NCBI GenBank assembly: GCA_032249135.1
Contig: JAVVGL010000024.1
Location: forward strand, 1 to 24,954
From: Candidatus Calescibacterium sp.
Lineage (GTDB): Bacteria > Calescibacteriota > Calescibacteriia > Calescibacteriales > Calescibacteriaceae
Length of the DNA: 24,954 bases
Reading direction: 5' to 3'
Positions 1-7,628 of this stretch are shown here, one piece after another (positions within the stretch are counted from its first letter, which is position 1; every line of letters starts with the position of its first letter). The translations under genes and the position numbers were made by a program. The notes below the pieces were generated by a model. The model saw nothing but the letters and a program-made list of their open reading frames with translations. It was not told the origin of the DNA and ran no database searches.

Positions 1-660
1 AAAAGTGTAATAAAAGATATTCCAAAACCTATGGCGGAAGTTTGTGGAAAACCTTTTTTAAGCTATATACTTGATTTTCTGATCAAATATGGAATCAAAA
101 GGGTTATCTTATCTGTGGGATATAAATGGGAAGCAATAAAGGAATTTTTTGGTGAGCAATATAAAAATATAAATTTAGTATACGCAATAGAGTATGAACC
201 TCTTGGAACTGGTGGAGCAATAAAAAATGCCCTAAAATATGTCCAAGATACAGAAGTATTTATCTTAAATGGTGATACTCTTTTCAACATAGATTTGAGC
301 GTTTTTTATAGCTTGCACAAAAATAAAAATTCAAATTTGAGCATAGCTCTGAAAAAAATGAACTTTTCCGAAAGATACGGCTCCGTCAAAATAGACGAGA
401 ACAACAAAATTATTGATTTCTCCGAAAAAACCCAAAAATTTAACATCCTGATAAATGGAGGAATTTACTTATTAAATAAAAAATTTTTTTACTCGTTAGC
501 TACACAAGATAAATTTTCTTTTGAGAAAGATTTTTTGGAAAAACACTATAAAAATTATGAGTTCTATGGATTCCCTTTCGATGAATATTTTATAGATATA
601 GGTGTTCCTGAAGACTATGAGAGAGCAAAAAAAGAATTTGAAAAATTTATGTATCGGTAA
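1..660 (+). CDS. hddC: Sugar-phosphate nucleotidyltransferase, HddC-like (D-glycero-alpha-D-manno-heptose 1-phosphate guanylyltransferase); 5'-partial
   Basis: Frame is open from base 1 (KSVIKDIPKPMAEV), so the true start lies upstream. NTP_transferase motifs PKPM, EPLGTGGAI, LNGD, INGGIY and FIDIGVPEDY are present. Adjacent to gmhB. Confidence 0.75.
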   Translation, partial: KSVIKDIPKPMAEVCGKPFLSYILDFLIKYGIKRVILSVGYKWEAIKEFFGEQYKNINLVYAIEYEPLGTGGAIKNALKYVQDTEVFILNGDTLFNIDLSVFYSLHKNKNSNLSIALKKMNFSERYGSVKIDENNKIIDFSEKTQKFNILINGGIYLLNKKFFYSLATQDKFSFEKDFLEKHYKNYEFYGFPFDEYFIDIGVPEDYERAKKEFEKFMYR

Positions 661-1192
661 AGATTGGACCTTGTTTTTAGATAGAGATGGGGTTATAAAT
701 AAGAAAATTGAAGGTGATTATGTTAGAAGTTGGTCTCAGTTTGAATTTATTGATGGTGCAATTGAAGGATTAAAAATTCTCAGAAAAATATTCGGTAGAA
801 TAATAATAGTTACGAACCAGAGAGGAATAGGTCTTGGACTGATGACAGAAAATGATCTACACAAAATCCACGAGAACATGCAAAAAATACTCCAAGAAAA
901 TGGTGTTTTTATTGATAAGATTTACTATTGCCCTCACGATTATCAAAAAGAAAATTGCGATTGCAGGAAACCAAAAGTAGGTTTGGCTTTAAAAGCTAAA
1001 ATGGATTTCCCAGAAATAGATTTCAAAAAATCTATTATTTTGGGAGATTCAATATCAGATATTGAGTTCGGAAAATCTTTGGGCATGATAACAGTTTTTA
1101 TCAACCAAAATTGTGATTTTTCTTCAGATCTTGCAGATCTATGTTTTAAAAACATCCTTGAATTTGCTTTGGCAGTAAGTAAAAAAGAGTAA
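617..1192 (+). CDS. gmhB: D-glycero-D-manno-heptose 1,7-bisphosphate phosphatase (HAD-IIIA); start uncertain (602/617/638)
   Basis: FLDRDGVIN HAD motif I, VTNQRGI, CPH...CDCRKP Zn site, GDSISDIEFG. Confidence 0.9.
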   Translation: MREQKKNLKNLCIGKDWTLFLDRDGVINKKIEGDYVRSWSQFEFIDGAIEGLKILRKIFGRIIIVTNQRGIGLGLMTENDLHKIHENMQKILQENGVFIDKIYYCPHDYQKENCDCRKPKVGLALKAKMDFPEIDFKKSIILGDSISDIEFGKSLGMITVFINQNCDFSSDLADLCFKNILEFALAVSKKE

Positions 1193-1274
1193 GGTTCTCG
1201 TTGCAATCAATTAATGTGCTTCAGTATTGCGTCTTCTGGGAGTTTGATAGATTTTGTAAAGTTATTTTTTGTAT

Positions 1275-1455
1275 ATGAAAATTCAATTTACAAAGCATGC
1301 TTATCTGAAATTAAAAGAAAGAGAAATAGAAAAGGAGGAAGTCAGGCAGGTTATGGAGCACCCAGAAGAAATTCTCTTAGATTTTGATTGATACATCTAA
1401 AATTGATATTATAAATAGAAGAAAGGAGAAGGGAAGATGGATAAAAATAAAATAA
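1275..1455 (+). pseudogene. DUF4258-like (RelE/BrnT-type) toxin remnant with internal deletion and frameshift
   Basis: 1275-1391 reads MKIQFTKHAYLKLKEREIEKEEVRQVMEHPEEILLDFD*. 1387-1455 in another frame reads IDTSKIDIINRRKEKGRWIKIK*. These resemble the N- and C-termini of DUF4258 proteins, and the remnant overlaps a DUF2283 gene. Confidence 0.7.
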
Positions 1456-1682
1456 AAATTAGATATGATAAAGACGGAGATATTCTCTATATTCTATCGG
1501 CTAAGGAACCCGTAAAAGATACTATTGAGATTGGAGAAGATGTCTTTGTTGAGATTGACAAGAACGGTAAAATTGTAGGTATAGATATATGGCAAGCAAG
1601 GAAAAATATTTTTGCTGAATTGATAAAATATCTGAAAGGTATAAGGCAAGAAATAAAAAAAAAATTTCAGTTTGATAATTGA
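1437..1682 (+). CDS. DUF2283 domain protein (putative antitoxin)
   Basis: KIRYDKDGDILYI...EIDKNGKIVGIDIWQA pattern, with a purine-rich GGAGAAGGG upstream. Confidence 0.85.
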   Translation: MDKNKIKIRYDKDGDILYILSAKEPVKDTIEIGEDVFVEIDKNGKIVGIDIWQARKNIFAELIKYLKGIRQEIKKKFQFDN

Positions 1683-1707
1683 AAATATTAAACATTTAGG
1701 CTCTGAT

Positions 1708-1911
1708 TCAAATTTTCCATATTATTACATCTTTTCTGTTGCCCCAGCTGTAAGCTATTTTTTGTAATTCAACTAAAATCTTTATCTTCTCCTCAAAAGT
1801 AAGTTTTGCTAATTCCATCCTCGTTTTCTTCTTGCCCTCAAACAATTCCTCCAAGGTAACTACTTTCCCGCCCTCTCGCTTAATCTTTACTTCTTTTTTT
1901 CTTTCATCCAT
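1708..1911 (-). CDS. Small helical hypothetical protein, partner of the upstream nucleotidyltransferase remnant
   Basis: 67-aa ORF (ELAKLTFEEKIKILVELQKI) whose start overlaps the 3' end of the upstream remnant. Confidence 0.6.
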   Translation of the reverse strand: MDERKKEVKIKREGGKVVTLEELFEGKKKTRMELAKLTFEEKIKILVELQKIAYSWGNRKDVIIWKI

Positions 1912-2143
1912 CTTTCATAAAAATCTCTGAATTCTTTTATCAGACCATACTTGGTCAAAATCTCTTCAAGCTTTCCAATATCTACCTCTGCCTGCTCTAA
2001 TAACATGGGATAAAAAATATATCTAAATCACGAGTAAAAAATGGTTCTATCCATCTCAAAGTAGCTATTGCTCCACCGATGGCATAATCTTTTATCAAAC
2101 CTTTTCCTTTCAAATCATTCATAACTTCTAAAACATTCTTCAT
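1887..2143 (-). pseudogene. Pol-beta-superfamily nucleotidyltransferase remnant with large internal deletion
   Basis: From ATG 2143: MKNVLEVMNDLKGKGLIKDYAIGGAIATLRWIEPFFTRDLDIFFIP (GG...T.DxD motif). It then shifts frame to MLLEQAEVDIGKLEEILTKYGLIKEFRDFYERWMKEKKK* ending at 1887. Confidence 0.7.
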
Positions 2144-2290
2144 TCTTTATTTTATTTTTTTCTTACAGTTTTATTGTTAAAATTTAGCTGCTAATCGGCA
2201 AAATTTGCAAAATTATAAAAATATGATATTGCAGGAACCATCAAGACTACTAATTTAAATTGTAGAATCATCAAGAAAATAAAATGAATT

Positions 2291-3341
2291 TGCTTTGTCG
2301 CAATGATATTTTAAATGATGAAAATTATAAAAAGCCTTATTTCAAAAAATAAAATTTTTTCAGCATCTCCGTTCCTTATCACAACATGAATGTTGTAAAC
2401 TATCCCTATCAGTAGTGCCATCTTCCTCTTCGTTTCTTCTCTTCTTTCCCTCAAACTCTCTCCTATCTTCCTCTTTATCACATAATTTACTGTCTCACTT
2501 ATCCACCTTTTTCCATATATCCCTAACCATACACTCAAAACATATATCAATCTCTGTACTATCCTCTCAAATCCCTTTATCCTCCCTCCTCTGCTTATCG
2601 GGGGAATTATACGAAAAGGCAAAGTAAATTTTAATCGGAAGTTCCCTTTTCCATCAAATCCTCTATCCATGATCTCCAAACAAGCTTTGAATGGATTTTG
2701 TTTCTCTAAAATTTCAAGATACATAGCATCAGAACCAGGTCCTCTTGCAACTGCCTTCCTCAAACACGCTTGCGTCTTTGTATCCACAAGATATACCAAC
2801 TTTATCCATCTTCTCCTTATCTTCTTGCTTCTTATGGAAAAGTAAAAAGATGCAGAATCTTCCCTTAATCCTGTTGAATCGCAGGATAAGATACCGGAAG
2901 GTTTGAAGAACTTCAAGACTTGGAAAAAAAGTTTTTGGATTTGCTCCTCTTGAAGTTTCTGGAAAGCTCTGTGTAGTGTGGAATGATCAGGAACCTTTTC
3001 CCATCCAAGTATTTTTTGCATATCCGAAGATGATTTAAGGAGTTACTCTAATCCTCGCCAATCTAAATTTTTGATATAAAGATAGAGAGCAGGCGATAAG
3101 AGAGGGGAATAGATAAGTATGCTTACTTTTTTTATGAGAATATTTAGGTAGGGAGTTTAAACTCGGAGGAAAGCGATTTTAAGGAAAGTGAGGAGTTTGC
3201 CTTCATTTGTTAGCTGTTTTTTATTATTGTGTTTGTAAGAAGATTTTTTTTATGTATTTTATATCCTCCTTGGGATTTATTTAAGATGTTATTAATTTTA
3301 TGTGGGAAAGAACTATATTTTTTCATGATTGCGACAAGGCA
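2291..3341 (-). mobile_element. IS5-family insertion sequence (1051 bp, IS903-like ends), decayed
   Basis: 14-bp terminal inverted repeats TGCTTTGTCGCAAT (2291-2304) and ATTGCGACAAGGCA (3328-3341), one mismatch. 9-bp flanking direct repeat AAATGAATT at 2282-2290 and 3342-3350. DDE transposase inside. Confidence 0.9.
2311..3255 (-). pseudogene. IS5-family DDE transposase, N-terminal part disrupted (5' boundary approximate)
   Basis: Open 2311-3021 with PDHSTL, DSTG, DRGFD and YGKRWISETV..IKRK. Upstream homology (TNEGKLLTFLKIAF / LPKYSHKKSKHTY / YLYIKNLDWRGLE) is broken by frameshifts and an in-frame TAA at 3043-3045. AGGAGG RBS at 3265-3270. Confidence 0.85.
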
Positions 3342-3359
3342 AAATGAATTCAATAAGAT

Positions 3360-4109
3360 ATGAAGCTTGAACATTATTCTGCTGATAAATTGAGAGAAGA
3401 TATCCTGAGAATTTTGGGAAAATATTTAGATCTTTCAAAGTATAAAGTTTTCTTTTTTGGCTCAAGAGTGGCTGGCTCCTGCGGAGAAAGATCTGATATT
3501 GATATCGGAATTGAAGGTCCTCAGATCTCACCACATATAAAGCTTGAAATAAAAGAAGAATTAGAGAATTTACCTACTTTGTACAAGATTGACTTTGTTG
3601 ATTTTAATGATGTTGATGAAGATTTCAAAAGAATCGCTAAAAAATATGTAGAGTATATAAATATAGATAAAAATACGGAAAATAGCTTTGAATGTGTAAA
3701 TTCTGATGTATCTGTGTTTTCTGATTTTATGTTTGAGGATTTGCTAAAAAAATTTGAAAGTGCCCTGAGAAGGTTTGAAGAGATCTTGAAAAAAGAAAAA
3801 AGTGAAATTGTTCGTGATTCAGCTATAAAAAGATTTGAAATATGTTTTGATTTAGCTTGGAAAACATTGAAAGCTTATTTATATGAATACCTGAAAGTTG
3901 AATGCTACTCACCGAAATCTTGTTTCAAATTAGCTTATCAAGAAAAGATTATAGACTATGATGAATACTGGCTAAAAATAATAGATTTGAGGAATCAATC
4001 TGTACACATTTATAGCGAAGATCTTGCAGATAAAATTTATAATGAATTACCTAAGGTTTTAGAATACCTGAGAAAGCTATTTTATGTATTAAAACAGAAT
4101 ATTGAGTGA
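3360..4109 (+). CDS. Fused minimal nucleotidyltransferase (MNT) and HI0074-family HEPN protein
   Basis: N-half has GS-x10-DID (G34, D46, D48). C-half has RDSAIKRFEICFDLAWK and RNQSVHIY (R211-x4-H216-x-Y218). Confidence 0.85.
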   Translation: MKLEHYSADKLREDILRILGKYLDLSKYKVFFFGSRVAGSCGERSDIDIGIEGPQISPHIKLEIKEELENLPTLYKIDFVDFNDVDEDFKRIAKKYVEYINIDKNTENSFECVNSDVSVFSDFMFEDLLKKFESALRRFEEILKKEKSEIVRDSAIKRFEICFDLAWKTLKAYLYEYLKVECYSPKSCFKLAYQEKIIDYDEYWLKIIDLRNQSVHIYSEDLADKIYNELPKVLEYLRKLFYVLKQNIE

Positions 4110-4169
4110 AAAACCTGAAAAAAAGATTATAGATTGCGTTCGTTATTTTTTCATTTACTACTTTTATTT

Positions 4170-5465
4170 TCATAAATACCATGCTGGAATGAATTTCACT
4201 GATGATGAATTTATCTTTTCTTCGCCTGAAAATCCCCTGGTTATAACTAAAACTTTTTTAGGTTTATACTCCAAAATGAAGTTTCTCAGAGATCTTGAAA
4301 TTTTTGGCTCAACCGAATACTTTACTTCAATCGGTATAATTTCATTTCCTAATTCAAGGATAAAATCTACTTCTGCCTTAGCCAGCGTCCGCCAATACTT
4401 TATCGGAAAATCAGAATATCTTACCTTCAATTGAAAAAGACAAATATTTTCAACAATTTGTCCTATATCTCCTCTTAAATCTAGTTCGTTGAAATTGTTT
4501 GTCGCATAATTTCTCAGACCTATATCAACAAAATATACCTTTGGATTTTTCTTCAACTCCGTTATTTTATTTGAAAAGTAGGGACGCAAAAGAAATATAA
4601 TGAATGTTTCTTCAAGAACAGAAATAAAATGCTTTACTTCTCTGAAATAGCTTTGAACATCTCTACTTAAAGAGTTATAATTTATCAAATTTCCGATCTG
4701 GTTTGCCAAAAGTATGAATAAATTTCTAAATTTGTGAAGGTTATTTATCCGCAAGAGCTCTATGATATCTTTTGTGATGTAAGTTTCAAAAATATTTTTC
4801 AGAATTATCTTTTTTGTCTCAATATCTTCTGCCTTAACAACTTCGGGATACCCACCATATATCGCATATTCCTCAAATAATTTTCTGAAATCCTCCTGAA
4901 AAATATCTTCTGTAAATTTGAAATCTTTGCCGTTTAAGATAAAATCAATTACTTTATTTTTTCTTTCCTCATAAATATAAGATAGTTGATCAGATTTGGC
5001 TTTTATGAATTCTTCAAAGCTGAACTGATAAAGATAGAAAGAAAACATCCTGCCTACAAGAAATTTTGCCGTTTTACCTGCTATTTCCAAAGAAGATGAA
5101 CCTGTGATAATAAATTTGATATTAGGGAAAATATCATAAAGAAGTTTTAATTTCTGTCCTCCTTCTTCAAGATAGTGAAACTCATCAATAAGAAAATAAA
5201 ATCTTTCATTTTTTTGACCTCTGATGAAGCTACTTACAAAATCTTTTGGGGATTTGGAAAATTTCTCTAAAATCCCCCTATCCTCAAATGTTAAAAAAAT
5301 AACATTTTTAGGATTTACTCTCTCTTTTTCAATAAGATAATCTTGTATCATCAAAAGTAGTGTGGTTTTTCCAGATTGTCTGGGACCTTTTATAGCTATG
5401 ATCTCTCTTCTTTTGAGCCACTTTATTATCTCATCAAAAAGTAATCGTGGTAAGTATTTGTTCAT
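4170..5465 (-). CDS. AAA_14 ATPase with DUF4143 C-terminal PD-(D/E)xK-like domain
   Basis: GPRQSGKT Walker A, LIDEFH Walker B, ITGSSS, YGGYPE, PKVYFVDIGL, EVDF...PIEVK. Confidence 0.92.
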   Translation of the reverse strand: MNKYLPRLLFDEIIKWLKRREIIAIKGPRQSGKTTLLLMIQDYLIEKERVNPKNVIFLTFEDRGILEKFSKSPKDFVSSFIRGQKNERFYFLIDEFHYLEEGGQKLKLLYDIFPNIKFIITGSSSLEIAGKTAKFLVGRMFSFYLYQFSFEEFIKAKSDQLSYIYEERKNKVIDFILNGKDFKFTEDIFQEDFRKLFEEYAIYGGYPEVVKAEDIETKKIILKNIFETYITKDIIELLRINNLHKFRNLFILLANQIGNLINYNSLSRDVQSYFREVKHFISVLEETFIIFLLRPYFSNKITELKKNPKVYFVDIGLRNYATNNFNELDLRGDIGQIVENICLFQLKVRYSDFPIKYWRTLAKAEVDFILELGNEIIPIEVKYSVEPKISRSLRNFILEYKPKKVLVITRGFSGEEKINSSSVKFIPAWYL

Positions 5466-5817
5466 TTTATTTTAATTCATTTAACTTTCAAATCTAACAA
5501 TATTTTTATTGACAATTTTTCACTATTTATAATATTAAAATTGACAAAAACAAAAGATTAAGTAAGCAAGAAAGTAAATTCTAATTAGGGAGAAACTTCA
5601 TCTATGTCTAATAATTATAGTATTTTCCTAAACTTTTGCAAAAATTTAATGGAATATCAAGTATTCTTTGATTTTGAATCTATATAAAATATAGCCGCAT
5701 AATTATTAATTTGTAGGATAATGGGAACTTATTCGTATAGAAGAATATTAATGAGTTTGGAAATACGAGGTATGAAGGAAGTAAAATATAAACCGATATT
5801 TTGCAAGGGAGACATTT

Positions 5818-6045
5818 ATGAAGATAAAATATTCAAAGGAAGCTGATATCATTTTGATAGAGCTAAGGGAAGGGACACCAAATGATTCAATAGATTTAAA
5901 AGAGGGGGTTATTTTACATCTTGATAGTGAAGGATTACCTTTCGAGCTTGAAACACTTGATGTATCAAGAATAGTAAAGTTGGAAGAAATAAGTATTGTA
6001 GGTCATTCAGAATTCAAAGAAATCAAAGCAGTAAAGCAGAAATAA
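5818..6045 (+). CDS. DUF2283 domain protein (orphan putative antitoxin)
   Basis: MKIKYSKEADIILIEL...ILHLDSEGLPFELETLD pattern, with GGGAG upstream. Confidence 0.8.
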   Translation: MKIKYSKEADIILIELREGTPNDSIDLKEGVILHLDSEGLPFELETLDVSRIVKLEEISIVGHSEFKEIKAVKQK

Positions 6046-6123
6046 TTATAGAACGAAATAATTATAGAACAATTTGTAATTGATAATTGAAGAACACTGA
6101 TAATTTTTATATTTTTTCTCTTT

Positions 6124-7485
6124 ATGCCAGAAGTAAAGAGAGTTGTCGTTGGAGGAGTTTCTTCAAACTCAGGAAAAACCATAACATCTTTATGCATAGA
6201 GGCGGGACTGATTTCTATGGGATTTGATGTCTCTGCTTTCAAGGTTGGTCCAGATTTCATAGACCCGTCATATCACAGAACAATCACAAAATGTTTTAAC
6301 CTTGACCCTGTTATGAGTTCTCCTGAATTCGTAAAGTTCCTCTTTGAAAAAGAAGCTTCTGAATTTAATGTTATAGAAGGAGTAATGGGGATTTTTGATG
6401 GAGAAAAATACAAAGGAAGCACATCTTTTGTTGCAAATTTACTTTACGCACCATCTATTTTGTGTATAAACGCAGAATCTTTGGGAGAATCAATAAGAGG
6501 AATTGTCAAGGGTTTCAAAGATGAGTTAGATTTGAAAGGCGTTGTTGCTACGAAAGTTGGCTCACAAAAGCATGCTGAACTTCTGAAACAGGCACTCAAA
6601 AAAGAAAAAATCCCGCTCCTTGCGGCTTTACCAAAACTTCCGCAACTTGAATTCCCATCAAGACATCTCGGATTAGTTTTAGCTGATGAAATACAAAACC
6701 TGAGCAAAAAAAGTCTTGCAGAGATCTTTTTCAAATTCTTTGATGTAAAGACAATTCTGAAAATATTTGATGACTCATCAAAAAAACAGATCAAAGTGAA
6801 TAAATCTTGGAAAGAAAGATTTATCAGAGTTACAAAAAATAAACTTTCTGGTATCAAAGTAGGAGTTTTAAAACTCAAACCTTTTTCATTCATATACCCT
6901 GAAAATATATTCATCCTCAAATTTATGGGAGCAGATGTTATCATGATAGATGAAAACCTGATTGAAAGTTCATTTGAAGATTCCATAGACCTTTTACTTA
7001 TACCCGGAGGTTACCCAGAGATATATTCAGATTACATCTCGGAAATTTCTCAGAAGATAAGGCACATTTTAGATAAATCTTGTTTTGTGATTGCAGAATG
7101 TGGTGGTCTTGAGCTTCTTTCTCAGAAAATAATTTTTGAAGGTAAAGAAACAAATATGCTTGGGATTTTTGATTTTATCATATCAGTAGAGGAAAGATTG
7201 CAAGCTCTTGGATGGAGAAAAATTCAAATCATGAGCAACAATAATAAAAAATATCAAATAAAGGGACACGAGTTCCACTACGGTAAAATAATAAATGAGG
7301 AAAAGATTCAAAACTACAAGAAGATTTTTGAAGTATATGATGTTTCAGGAAAATTTCTGTCATACCAAGGTTTTTTGAAAGAAAAATTTTTAGCTTCATG
7401 GTGCCATATTTATTTTCCTTCAAATCCTCTTGTAATTTCTTATCTTGTAAAAAGATTCGTTTCTTCCGGCAAAAAACAAAAATAG
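6124..7485 (+). CDS. cbiA: Cobyrinate a,c-diamide synthase family (CbiA/CobB) amidotransferase
   Basis: SNSGKT, FKVGPDFIDP, IEGVMGIFDG, PSRHLGL; glutaminase domain with GGYPE, AECGG and GHEFHY. Confidence 0.88.
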   Translation: MPEVKRVVVGGVSSNSGKTITSLCIEAGLISMGFDVSAFKVGPDFIDPSYHRTITKCFNLDPVMSSPEFVKFLFEKEASEFNVIEGVMGIFDGEKYKGSTSFVANLLYAPSILCINAESLGESIRGIVKGFKDELDLKGVVATKVGSQKHAELLKQALKKEKIPLLAALPKLPQLEFPSRHLGLVLADEIQNLSKKSLAEIFFKFFDVKTILKIFDDSSKKQIKVNKSWKERFIRVTKNKLSGIKVGVLKLKPFSFIYPENIFILKFMGADVIMIDENLIESSFEDSIDLLLIPGGYPEIYSDYISEISQKIRHILDKSCFVIAECGGLELLSQKIIFEGKETNMLGIFDFIISVEERLQALGWRKIQIMSNNNKKYQIKGHEFHYGKIINEEKIQNYKKIFEVYDVSGKFLSYQGFLKEKFLASWCHIYFPSNPLVISYLVKRFVSSGKKQK

Positions 7486-7628
7486 TTTTTACTTTATTTT
7501 ATTGTTTTCAGTGAAAAAATAGATTTTCAAACTTTTTTTCTATCAAATGAATAAATTGAAAAGATTAGGAAAATCAAATTGTGAAAAATAAAATCAAGTA
7601 AAAAAGTTGAGATTGGAAAAATTAAGGT

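Noticed and set aside
1655-1664. A10 homopolymer as a phase-variation tract
   Set aside because: It lies in the last codons of DUF2283, so a length change would barely alter the protein, and the background is AT-rich.
4102-4434. 110-aa + strand ORF and other antisense ORFs (e.g. 6444-6986, 9614-9967, 22433-22819)
   Set aside because: They are shadows of well-supported genes on the opposite strand and show no motifs.
5509-5546. TTGACA...TATAAT consensus promoter and a second TTGACA
   Set aside because: The spacer is only 13 nt, and the second TTGACA has no properly spaced -10.
5721-5846. Possible toxin remnant upstream of the second DUF2283
   Set aside because: Short ORF with no recognisable motif; only a faint resemblance to a DUF4258 C-terminus.
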